A stretch of DNA of 64,000 nt from Chlorokybus atmophyticus. Lineage: Eukaryota > Plantae > Mesostigma and Chlorokybus algae. The stretch spans positions 1,155,389-1,219,388 of the forward strand of contig RHPI01002069.1 of the NCBI GenBank assembly GCA_009103225.1, in the 5' to 3' direction. The position numbers and the translations under genes were made by a program. This document shows, one piece after another, positions 1-11,393 of the stretch (position 1 is the stretch's first letter; every line of letters begins with the position of its first letter). The notes below the pieces were generated by a model that was given only the letters and a program-made list of their open reading frames with translations, searched no databases and was not told where the DNA came from.

Positions 1-77
1 GTGCACTGGGCTAACGCACGCACAACGCTCTAAACTATCGCGAGGGTTATGCCAGAGGTTCTAGAATCTTTCTGCCC

Positions 78-87
78 AAACCCTAAA
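78..87 (+). promoter_or_regulatory. Telo-box (AAACCCTAAA) ~90 bp upstream of APX ATG
   Basis: Exact interstitial telomere motif; similar copies sit upstream of three other gene starts. Confidence 0.45.
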
Positions 88-178
88 CGAGCTCAGAAAC
101 AAACTGGCTTGTGCTTGAAGTGCAGCAGCTACACATTGTTAGTGCAGGTTGCTGGTGCTGTGAGTCGGCGGCGTAATC

Positions 179-2245
179 ATGGCGGCGGCGGTGGTGGGTT
201 CTGTCTCTGTGGCGAAGGCGGCTGCCTTGTTTGTTGCATCCGGAGCACCTCAGGCTGGGAAGAAGAGCAGGCGCGCTGCCACACCAGCCGCCGTACTGCA
301 GACTCTGTCCCTGAGGTCGTCCCAGGCCGTGGCTTCCAGGTCTGCCCTCCAGGTAAGGAGCTATTTCGCATGCAGGTTGCTTTAGGCGCTGAGCACAGCC
401 ATTCCATCTTCATGCATGCTTCTGTACGCTGCTCGTGGATGTATGAGCGGCACCCGTGCGCAAGTCGCTGAGCGCGTGTCCATCAATTGCAACAGTAGAC
501 GTTCTTGCATGCCGTACTGTTCATACCAGCATGCGCACTGCATTGAACTGTTGTAGGTGCATGCATGTGTGAGTGTGTAGAGTCTGCCACCAAATCTCAT
601 GCACACGCAGGCCACGTGTTGAATGTTTTATGCCAATACGCAGCGCAAGAGGGTCAGCTGCAAGGGCTTGCATTTCTTGTCGCTTATTCGTCTAGAGTAG
701 TCCTTGCACTTTTTAACCGCTCACGAAATCCGGGTCGCAGATGTAATCAGGTCGTAGGTATAGTATGTTGCTCTGGATACGGATGCCAGTGTTCTGTGCA
801 TGCGCTCATCAGTTCTGGCCATCTATTGCGCATGTGTTCCTCTGTGCGACATGCAGACAACCTTTGCCATGCTTGTTTTACAGATTTTGTGAGCGCGGTT
901 TTGGCCATGCTTCTTGCAAGCAAATAGTGGTATAATGTTTTTCGTTGCGCTGTGGTGATACCCAAACAACAAGAGCCGTTACCTTTTGTGTGTTTTGTTT
1001 GACAATCGCACTGTGTGTTAACAGGCTAGCAGCAAGTGCATTGTACCCAAGGCATCCCGCGGTGTCCTGCATATTACCTGCGAAACTGATGTTGCAGCGA
1101 CGCCTCAAGTGGACCTTGACACCAAGAAGAAGATCTACAGGGATTGCAAGCAGGCGGTGGAGCAGCTCATCAAGGACAGGAACTGCAACCCTATTATGAT
1201 TCGCGCAGGCTGGCATGATGCTGGCACGTACAATGTGAACATTGAGGAGTGGCCCCAGAGGGGTGGTACAAATGGCAGCTTGCGATTCCCTATTGAGCAA
1301 GGCCATGGAGCTAACGCAGGCATGGTTGTGGCTTACAACCTGTTGAAGCCCATCAACGTAAGTGATTGCTACTTTCAATTGTTTTTCAAAAGTTCCATGC
1401 AACACACTTGCTGAATGGTCTTTTGTACATGCAGAAGAAGTTCCCAGAAGTGACTTGGGCTGATCTTTTCCAAATGGCTGGCGCTGTGGCTATTGAGGTT
1501 GCGGGTGGACCTGCCATCGACATGAAGTATGGGCGGGTTGACACAACTAGCGATGCTGATTGCCCGGAGTCTGGCAGGTAATGAGAGTGACATTCTGGAT
1601 TGTCTGCTGTCACAATCTTTCAGCTGCTCATGCAGTTGTTCAAATCTGATTGTACAGGTTGCCCGATGCTGACCCAAAGACAACTGGTCGGGGAGAGCCA
1701 GCAGAGCATCTGCGTAACGTCTTCTACAGAATGGGCCTCAATGATCAGGATATCGTTGCATTGTCAGGTAACTACACCACACGAGTGGTATGTGTTAAGG
1801 CATTTCTGAACCAGCACCTGCAGCATGAACGCGCTGGAGCAGCTGCAGGTTGTGATGGCCAGTGTATGTATTTGCCTGTATCACTCGCATGTGGTCATCT
1901 GCAGGTGCGCACACCATGGGTCGCGTGCGCCAGGACCGCAGCGGGTTTGGAGTGAAGGAAACAAAGTACACGAAGGATGGCCCTGGCATCAAGGGTGGGC
2001 AGTCGTGGACCCCGGAGTGGCTGGTCTTTGACAACTCGTACTTTGTGGAAGTGAAGGAGAAGAGGGATGCTGACCTGGTTGTGCTGCCAACTGATGCCGC
2101 TCTCTTCGAGGATGATGGCTTCAAGCAGTACGCAGAGAAGTACGCAGTTGACCAGGAGGCGTTCTTCAAGGACTATGCAGTCTCGCACAAGAAGCTGAGC
2201 GAGCTTGGGGCAAAATGGAACCCTGAAGACGGGTTCTCCATCTAG
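179..2245 (+). CDS. APX: Chloroplast-type L-ascorbate peroxidase (5 exons: 179-352, 1025-1357, 1435-1577, 1658-1767, 1905-2245; 366 aa)
   Basis: Motifs [33 protein letters not shown] and the plastid-APX insert [19 protein letters not shown]; Ala/Ser/Arg-rich N-terminal transit-like peptide; GT-AG introns give a continuous 1101-nt frame ending TAG. Confidence 0.95.
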
Positions 2246-4084
2246 GTTGGGACTTTGTGTACTATATATCACTTGTCCTTCAATCTGATTGTAGTGCCCG
2301 CTGCGCCTAACAGCCCAGCTGGCGGATTGCACTTTTGTACGTAATCTATTAGGCAAGCACATCTGGCTTTGATTTGCGGTTAGTTCACTCAGATGCTCTG
2401 GGCTTGCATCATCGTCTGAGTTGAGTCACATCCTTGCATATGGTTGTGACTGCGAGTATTGTGGTGCACTAGATTACATGCAATGGCTGGCCAGTCGGCT
2501 GATTGTAAGGCGATGTCTGCAACTTCAGGCAGCTGCGCTTGGCATGAACACTGCTTGAAGGATCAGTTCAGCATGTCTTGCCTGGAATCGAGCAAGGTCG
2601 TAGATTAGTTTATGCCGCGGATTTCGTATGTGCCTTGTGAGTATCTATGTGACTAATAATTGCTTCTGCTTAGACATATTTCTGCTTGCAATGTCTTAAA
2701 CATTGCATGACACAATATTTCACATGGTGGTTTGTACAATCGTAGTTAACACAAACTCAGTTGAAGCTTTCCTCCACCCGAGTTCAAGCGTCAATAATGG
2801 TGGTATGATGGGTGCAAAGGTGCATAAGCAATTATGTTGCATGACATACGCTCTGCCACGCGCCGTGCGCATACAAAATACATGCTGAATAGTCGTAGAC
2901 ATGTGTATATGCATTATTGCGTGCACATCAGCTATTAATTAGTATCACCTACAATGGTAATCGGCATGCACATGTACATGATGAGTGAATATTGCTGAGT
3001 GCATTGTTCACCAAGTCGCTCTCATAGCATGTGAACGTGTGGATTGAAAGGTACATATTCATATACTTGATATGCAACATGATGGTAAGTCGATTATGCT
3101 ACCTGCTTGCTCGTACCCACTTGCCCTTGCACATGCACATAGCACATCGGAGCCTTGCTTGGACCCTTGGTGTATTTGATTTTGCCCCTGCTGTCTTGTT
3201 GTCCTCTAATTGTATGTGTGGGTGTGTGCATGACTGTGCATGACCTACCCAACTTTATACTATATGCGTAGTCAGGTGACACGGTTGTTGTCACATCTAT
3301 TGTGATAGGAGTTTATAAGACAATCGTATCATCCTTGACGGCGCGGGGCTGCAGCTGTGCGTGGTCCAGCTTTTTTGTACTTTTGGTTAAGATCCGGGCC
3401 AAACCTCTCTCTCTCTCTTTATATGTGCAACCTTTGCAAGTAAAGCCTTGCTATCCCCCACAGTCCCTGCCCGCTTGCTCTGCTGGCCACCGGTTCTTGC
3501 ATTTGAAACCAGCCCCCTTAACCTTAATGATTGTATATATTGCAATGGACTTGCTTGTGCTTGCGTAATGTTATGGCTTGTGTATGTGTGCTGCTGCTGA
3601 TGTGACTGGAACCCCTAAATTACAACATATGCAAAATTGTGGCTGTCGTGACGGTTATATTAGCAAGCTATTTTGTCTACACATGGCTTCCCATGATAGC
3701 TGAACATTCGTACATATAAATCAAGGGGAATATGTGACGTAAGAATAAAATCAAACAATACTGCTTCATCATTTATATAGCTATAGACTCATTCTATATG
3801 TATGTCGTTTTGTTGGAAGCATACCATCGGCCCACAATAATATGACGCCATGCCATGTATGATGAATATTTGGACTTGCAGACTATGCGGTTTTTGTTAC
3901 ATGTGACGCGTTACGTGTCAACGTGCTCTATGACACAAATCGCATCCTACCCCGCATCTCAATTCACTGTACTCATGTACATAAAGGATCTGATTGTTGA
4001 TAGTAAGTTGCTTTGCTGCAGCCTTTATCTTGCTTGCTGCGCTGGAGTTTGTAGAAATACGGCGGGGGGGGGGGGGGGGGGGGG

Positions 4085-4149
4085 NNNNNNNNNNNNNNNN
4101 NNNNNNNNNNNNNNNNNNNNNNNNNNNNNNNNNNNNNNNNNNNNNNNNN
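4085..4149. other. Assembly gap (65 N) preceded by G21
   Basis: N run in sequence. Confidence 1.
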
Positions 4150-4448
4150 TCTGCCGGTTGCGAGGACAGGGGGGGGAGCGGCAGGCAATCTTGAACTTGT
4201 AAGGTAGGCGACGAGGAGTTGACAGAACGCATGTCACAAGTTGCATGCTGACTCACAACGTATGCAACTTCTGACTGCATGCCGGCTTGCCAGCCGGCAC
4301 TGCAACTCGCAGTGTGCGCATTTTCCTAGACCTGCAGCAGTGCTGGCAGACTCCTTGGTGGCGGTGGCGGTGCCGGTGGCGGCGGTGAATGTGGCGGGGC
4401 AATCAAGCCTCGCTCGCAGCTGCATAGTTTCGGCGGTCGGCGGCCGCT

Positions 4449-6764
4449 ATGACGGCGGCGGCGTTGGCTGCCGCCACCGCATGCTCGGCCGGGTCGTTGC
4501 CGGCCAGGTTGCGCAGCCGCTGCTGCTCGGTGGCGCCTTCGCGGTCTCTGACGCAAGCAGACGTGCAGCGTGGCCAACCTCTTCTGCTTTCAGCTAGGGT
4601 TTTGTCTGTGCGGGCGAGACATTGGCGCAGCAGCCGTGTACATCATCTTGGCGCATGTCGGGCGTCTGCGCGAGAACAGCAGGCGACCAGCGACGTAGGC
4701 GAGGCTGCTGGAACAACGTCAACTTCCAGGTAAAGCCGAACAGTGTTTACGGCATGTATGAGAACCTGGTCTTAATGTGTGTAGTGGCATTGCATTCTTC
4801 GCGGAGGGTACTCTGCGTCGCTTACTACACTTGCCGCATTGCCATGCCGTCATCACTCATCAATTATACACTGACTACTTATACGCACGCGTGCGGTCGT
4901 GCTGTTACCTATTGAGCTCAATGCAATAACATGTTATGCCACTGTAGAGCCGACTGCTTAAAACTTGATACCACCAAATCGGTAACCACTGCGGGTGGTT
5001 GGGTTGGCATGGCAGATTGTATTGTGTGCATGCATGCATGTATCGTAGCTTCGTGCCATGCAAGAACTACATTGACGAACGCCTTGTCATAGGCAGGAAC
5101 TGGACTGCATTGGCACAGGTGTGGACGTTTCATGCTATGTGAAGTGCAATTCGGACGACAGCAGCAGCTCCAGCAACAACGCTGAGGACAGGAGTGGTGC
5201 GGATGCGGCAACCAGGCAGCCAACATTTACAGAGCAGCTGCTTGACAATGCGCTTCTTATTTCTCCATTCTTCTTTTGGGGCACAGCCATGGTGGCCATG
5301 AAAGGCGTTCTCCCTCTAGCAGGTAGCCTACGTAATAATCTATATGGTTCAATTATGGCACCGTCTTTGTCTGCCAGCTGCATGGTTACACTGCCTGACA
5401 CTGTTGCCATGCAGGGGAGATGTCAGTATCATCGATTAGGCTTATACCAGCGGGCATGTTATTGGTAGCATATGCCACGTACAGCGGGCGGTCCTTTCCG
5501 AAAGGCTTCCAGGCCTGGTTTGCAATCACTCTCTTCGCCCTTGTGGACGGCACCATGTTCCAGGTACGCTGCTTGCTAGCGTACACACCACTCAAAAGTC
5601 AATCTTGATTGCAGTGTGCGTTTGTTGTATTGCTCAGGGCTTCCTGGCGGAAGGGCTGCGAAGAACCAGCGCTGGGCTTGGCAGTGTACGCGTTCTTGAG
5701 TAAAGCATGTGCCAATGTGAGTGATGCAGGTGGATGGCTGTTCTCAAAAGTTGTGCGCAGGTGATTATTGACTCTCAACCTCTTACTGTTGCTCTGCTGG
5801 CGTCGTTGCTATTCGGGGAGAGGCTGTCATACATTAATGTGCTGGGTTTGGGAGTTGGGGTGGCTGGACTCTGCTTACTGGAGGCAAGCCAGCTCTGCAC
5901 GAGATTGCAGCATCCTATAGTACCCGAGTTATGTTATCAACGCAGGGACAGATTGTATGCTTGCCTTCCAGGTACCAGCAGAGACAATAGCCGCAGCGTT
6001 GTCCGATGCGCCGGGCACGGTGGCCAGGCTATGGCAAGGAGTTGAGTTCGGGCAACAGAGTGGGCTGTGGGACAGCGGCGAGTGGTGGATGCTGCTCGCC
6101 GCTCAGAGCATGGCTATAGGCACTGTCATGGTGCGGTGGGTTTGCCAGTATGTCGACCCCGTGATGGCCACAGGATGGGTGCGTGTGGGAACCTTTCAGT
6201 CGTGGCATGTTGTTGGGTGCGGGTTAGTTCAACTGACCACGTCCATTCTTGCAGCACTTACTCCTGGGTGGTGTGCCGCTTGCGCTCTTAGCTGTGGCGA
6301 AGCACGAGCCTGCAGTATCAGGCGGCCTCGCCAATCTGACATTCACCGACTACCTTTCCCTAGTGTACACATCTTTGTTTGGGAGCGCCATCAGCTACGG
6401 CGTGTTTTTCTACAACGCCAACAAAGGTTTGTTTACGACCAGCTCAGCTTTGTGCACTTGCGTGTGTGGCACCATCGAGTTTTGAGTTTTGCGTCATTGT
6501 TGAGTGCGTCACACTGTGGCACGCAGGCAACCTGACCCGCTTAAGCTCGCTTACTTTCCTTACCCCAATGTTCGCTGCTGTGTTTGGGTAAGCTCATGTG
6601 ATTTTATCTGCTGCTCACTTGTACTATGGCAACCAAGACGCGGTTAACAATGTGTGTCCTGGTTGTGCAGTTACCTCTTTCTAGGAGAGACGCTGACGCC
6701 ATTGCAACTCTGTGGAGCAACAGTGACTCTTGGTGCCATAGCGCTGGTCAATAAAAAGTCATAG
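4449..6764 (+). CDS. EamA/DMT-family (WAT1-related, probably plastid) membrane transporter (9 exons; 454 aa)
   Basis: Exons 4449-4729, 5093-5322, 5415-5563, 5638-5685, 5761-5883, 5972-6178, 6255-6426, 6527-6587, 6671-6764 sum to 1365 nt in frame; motifs ELDCIGTGVDV, SPFFFWGTAMVAMKG, RLIPAG, SAGLGSVIIDSQPLTVALLA, LSSLTFLTPMFA; multiple hydrophobic helices; one GC-AG intron. Confidence 0.9.
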
Positions 6765-7269
6765 CGGTTTCTGTGGCCAGACTAATAGATAGGGTTAGCT
6801 ACAACACATAAATTGTGATTCTACATTGCATATATTACAGCCTGTAATGCAGATGGTACGGCTCTGTCCAGGACAGGTTATGCACGTAAGCACACCAATT
6901 CATGTCTTTGGCCCCGTCCAGCAATTACTAGCATCTGCTTTCTGTGGTTTTCTCCAGGTTGCCAAGGCACCAAGCCATGCTTGCCATCAACAGCAGTAAG
7001 TGTGTTACAGAAATTCTGTCCCACAAGCTGTACATGTATCAGCTGTGTCTTGATGTGCGCATCTGGTTGATAGTCTTTGCTGAGTCATGCGACAAACAGC
7101 GGGTTTTCTTGTTCCAACCTTGCATCATGCTGGGAGGGTAACCAAGGACTCTCCGCCAAAGCTTGCACCGATCAAGGGGCTGCAATGCACTCATGTCCCC
7201 AAAGCAACAAGTCACGATGTTCAAACAACCACATGTAGTATTTACAAGCCCGTTAACGTGTACAAGCAT

Positions 7270-8503
7270 TCAATCAGAACTGAGGAACTCCGTTGCCGAC
7301 TCAGGTCCGTCATCATCATCATCAGGGAACCACAAATCATCTAAGGACAATGGTGGTAATGAAAACTCCTCTAGCCTGGACTCCCACTCCGCTGCAGGAA
7401 TACCACAGCATGAATACAGAGGTCAAATTTTGCAAGCACAATGCTGAGCACAGCTGTTGTTGGGTCTGTTATATCACTTGAGAAAGCAAGCTTGCTGAGC
7501 TGATTGCTACATGTGCTGAATCGTGCAACACATGTACATGTGCGAGCAGGTCGTCCTCAACAACCAATGACTCTCCAAGAGCAATTGTCTAGCAAGCGAG
7601 CAGCAAACTTAACACTGGGTGAAAGTACAAACATTGTGCGGATGTCTGCTGCTTGATTGAGCTGTGCTCTATGCTTGTCATGCATTTACACAAGACATCA
7701 ACCATGTATGGGAGAGAAAACAAAACTGGACACGCACTGCGTGGCTGTGCCAATGTGTGCGTGCAGCTTCACACGTATGACATTGTCTCACGTGCAAGGG
7801 GTCCGGTGCCAGCTAGCAGTGCAGCAGGAGTAGGCGGTGCTGGAGGCGAAGGGGGCATTAGGGGCGGTCTAGCCAGCCACAAATCTTCTGCCTCATTATC
7901 ATCCTTCTCCTCCTCCTTGTTGCCGCCAGCAGAGGCGCGGATCCAGTTTGCCATCGCCATAACAGCCCTGAGATTACCACCATTTTCGCGGGCGGCAGCT
8001 GCACGGCCGACAAGCTCAGCAATCTCCCTGTCCTGGGCTGCAGCCGCCTCTGCCTCAGCCCTCTCCTCCCATCCGGCCGGCGGGCCCACCTCCATTCCAT
8101 CCTTGGCCCACTCCTCCGCCCGCTGCTCCGCCCACGCCTCCCATGCGGCGTCGGAGGTGGGCGGCAATGACGCCACGGAGGTCTGTGCTGGCTTCCTGGC
8201 AGACTCCAACACTGGGGCAGGCAGCAACTTCCCGGCTGCCTTAACAGCGCTAGAAGCTCCTACACCCGGCTGCTGTTTCCCAAACCCACCCTTCTCACCG
8301 CCACCGCCGCCGCCGACCCGCTGGGCCTTGACGTTGGTGATGTCCCCGAGGGCACGCCTGGGCGTCGGCCCTGCTGCTGCTAATCCTCCTCCTCCTCCTC
8401 CTCCTCCTGCCCCCAGCTTCCCGCCCGCGGCCTTGCCGCCCCTCGCAGGCGTCGCAAACGCCGCGTTCTCATCCCGCCACGCCGTCGCCGTCCTCGCCTG
8501 CAT
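7270..8503 (-). CDS. Disordered DEN-box/D-box/WAGE-motif protein, RSS1/PATRONUS-like (securin candidate); exons 8503-7792 and 7391-7270; 277 aa
   Basis: MQARTATAWRDEN...PRRALGDITN...EEWAKDGME...; phase-1 intron (C|GTGAGA ... CTGCAG|CG) joins an acidic last exon EWESRLEEFSLPPLSLDDLWFPDDDDD..SSD*. An upstream in-frame ATG at 8572 is possible. Confidence 0.7.
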
Positions 8504-8669
8504 CCCGCCGCCGCCGCCAACAACGGCAACAACAACGACGACCCTCACACTCCCGCGCTCTGTTTGAAGCACTCAAACCCGGCTCATTGATCTCATGCCA
8601 AACGTCTACGAAATCACAGAATCACACGCAGTCGGATCAGTAACCGTCACGGGGTGCTCAGTGAACTCA

Positions 8670-8678
8670 AAACCCTAA
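8670..8678. promoter_or_regulatory. Telo-box (AAACCCTAA) between the divergent securin-like and GID4 genes
   Basis: Motif 100-170 bp upstream of the minus-strand gene start. Confidence 0.4.
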
Positions 8679-9912
8679 CTTTCGAATGAATACTGACGAA
8701 CTGGCCAGGTGGCAGGCTGTGAGAGGAGTGCGAGTTGTGCTTTTTTGCGTGCGAGCTTTGACAGATTGACAGGTCAGCAGTTGGGGGTGGTGCCTGTTGC
8801 TGCCGCCGCCTTCTGTGTGTAGGCGTCGTAGTTTTGGACCGGCGGCGTACTCAGCTGGCGTATTGCGAGGTACACATACCTGTGTCGGGTTGAGAGCGGA
8901 CGGCAGCATTGGCAGCAGCGGGGGCGGGGGCGGGGGCGGGTTCCGTCTTTCCTCCAGCTTCAGCTTCAGGTCAGGGAGGCGCACTGGTCCGGCATGGTTT
9001 GAAGGGAGGGTCTGTCCACCAGACCGTGCCGCATCTCAATATTCCTGTGGGGGGTTAGCCGTAAGTTTCAACCAACCGGCCAGAAGCGAGTGCAGCGTTA
9101 CTTGACTTGACGGTTGACGCCTGCACGGAGCTGGTGCTGGGAGCGGCAGGATGAGCCTCTAGGTAACGCAAGCATGTGTGGGTGTTAGGTTGCCGCCATT
9201 GAGACAGATCTTGATAAATTCCGAGAGTGCTTCTGTCCACAATGCCAAGCAAGCTTGCGTCAAAAAGTGATCTGCCGGTTGCGAGGACAGTTGCAAAGCA
9301 GGCAGGCGGCTTGGCTTGAGTGTTCATGCACGCACAATCACAGCGTTGGACTGCAACAAGCCCAAGGTTGACATGTCAAACGCTGCAGAGCTTTCAGGGC
9401 TTTGTGTCAGTGCAACGTGTCACGTGGTCAGTGCTGTATGACTCTTTGACAGCTATTGCTCGCAGTGCATGGAGTCACGCAGCATGCGCATAGTCTGCAA
9501 GTGCGCCTGTTGGCCACCTGTGATATCTTTAGCAGAATGATGTCTTGTCTGCATGCTTATTGAGGCCCTTCTTCGTTTCCCACTCATTTTGCATGTTCCG
9601 TAGATAGTCAGCACATGCGATCAGAATGATTTACGTTCTGCGCAACTGAGTCGATGTGCCAGAGCTGGTCAGCCATGTCACCTGACCAAACGCTGCTGAA
9701 GTTGTCAGTCCGTCCCAAGTATCGCTTTGGAGTGTCGTGCAATGGGCGAGATGGTTATTTCCCGCTTGTGCACACCTTGCAGCGCCCTCACGTGCTTGGC
9801 ATTGAGTCTTATGGACCTCATTTTATGGCAGGTAGGCGAGTGGTTGGGCGGCTAGGCGGCACAACGTGGAGAGGACAGCATATACGATCACTAGAACATC
9901 GACGGTAGGATC

Positions 9913-10593
9913 ATGCCCAGCAGGTCGCTGCCGGCACAATGTACATTTCTCACGTCGGGGCAGGCGTTCGTGGGCACGCAGAATGTGTCGCACAGCAGCA
10001 GCAGCGTGACCATAGGAGATGGAGGAGTTATAGGTAGCGGAGTTATAGGCAGCGGCGCTCTGTCAGGTGGCGGTGCTCCCGCACCAAAAGATGAGGCGTG
10101 GAGCGTGAACGTGCGCGTGCAAGGCAGCAACCCGCAGTGCGGGTATGTGTGCGGCTCAATGGAGGCGCTGAACGTGCCTTCGGCGGAGTCAAGCGTGGTC
10201 ACCTTCTGGGAAGGTGAGACTGTCGACAATGTCAACTACACCTTCTTCACCCACAAGTGGGACGCCGACAGAGACACCGACATGAAGCACTGGCTTCGCT
10301 TCGATGCCTTTGCTCCCTTGCATGAAGCCGTTCTTCGTGATGGTGGTCGCTCCATCGACCTGGCGAGCTACCCCTACCTCTTCATGCGCTGGAAGGAGAA
10401 GTTCTTTGTCAATGTGGGTGCCGAGTGTGGCCTTACCATTGCCGGCTTCTACTATGTATGTTTATCTCGCCGTGACGGCTCAGTGGATGGATTCTACTAT
10501 GACCCCAACAGCAGCCCTTATCAGAAACTGGAACTGCGCCCGACGGCGGAAGGCCGGCGTGGCCACGCCTTTGCCACCTACAGTTTGTGCTGA
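9913..10593 (+). CDS. GID4: GID4/VID24-like substrate receptor of the GID/CTLH E3 ligase (single coding exon, 226 aa)
   Basis: FLTSGQAFVGTQ, YVCGSMEALNVP, VTFWEGE, TFFTHKWDA..DMKHW..F, YLFMRWKEKFFV, LTIAGFYYVC, GFYYDPNSSPYQKLEL match the GID4 family pattern. Confidence 0.92.
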   Translation: MPSRSLPAQCTFLTSGQAFVGTQNVSHSSSSVTIGDGGVIGSGVIGSGALSGGGAPAPKDEAWSVNVRVQGSNPQCGYVCGSMEALNVPSAESSVVTFWEGETVDNVNYTFFTHKWDADRDTDMKHWLRFDAFAPLHEAVLRDGGRSIDLASYPYLFMRWKEKFFVNVGAECGLTIAGFYYVCLSRRDGSVDGFYYDPNSSPYQKLELRPTAEGRRGHAFATYSLC

Positions 10594-11393
10594 GTGGCGT
10601 AGTTGCGCAAGTTGACCTGTGCACAGTCCGCCACTGCCTGATGCCTCCTGTAACATAGCAACCCCTAGCCTATGTTTGCCATGCTTATGTAACTCTATAC
10701 ATAACTGTATACAGCGTGCACCATTACAATCCACATTTTGTGCTGTACGGCAGATGTACTTGCAGTGTTTGCGTATGTTTTTGCTGTGCGACCTCAGCTG
10801 GTGTGTCAAAGAGATAGCATGCTACACTACCAGTAGTCGCATGCAGATGTCACGCACATGCAATGTCATGCACCACACTCAGCAATCAGCACATGCAATG
10901 ACATGCCAATACTTCATAACGCCGAGCGGCTGCTAAGTTTATCCAACGCTCCAATCCCTACCCTGTTAGTTCACTCCAGCATGCAAGTAGACAAGCACAG
11001 TATTCACCTGCCCACAAGGGCTCTGTGTAACAGCAAATGGTGAATTGCTCTCGCGGGACAAAGAGTAAACAATGCAGAGTACAGGCCACCACTAGTTATC
11101 ATCAACACTGCTGCTTACAGTTACCAGCTCAGCACAGGTGCAGTAACTGCTCACAAAACTGTCACTGCAAGTATGTTGTAATAGTTGCAGGGTCGCAGCC
11201 GCAGTACCATAAGCTCTGGTCAACCGGGACGCCAGCTTCACACAACAACCTATTGACAGTACAGCAACTGCTATATACTACCTCCGATCACATGCCATTC
11301 CTGCTACAACTACACCCCACACTACACATGGACACCAACAACAAACACAACAGCCTTCTTCGGTCTCCCAATTGCATAAGCCAACCCTCGCAA

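Noticed and set aside
353-1097. Micro-exon needed in APX intron 1 if the 1098 acceptor is used
   Set aside because: An upstream acceptor (TTAACAG|1025) gives an in-frame, stop-free join without a micro-exon.
7653-8567. 304-aa plus-strand ORF
   Set aside because: Antisense shadow of the GC-rich securin-like exon; no motifs.
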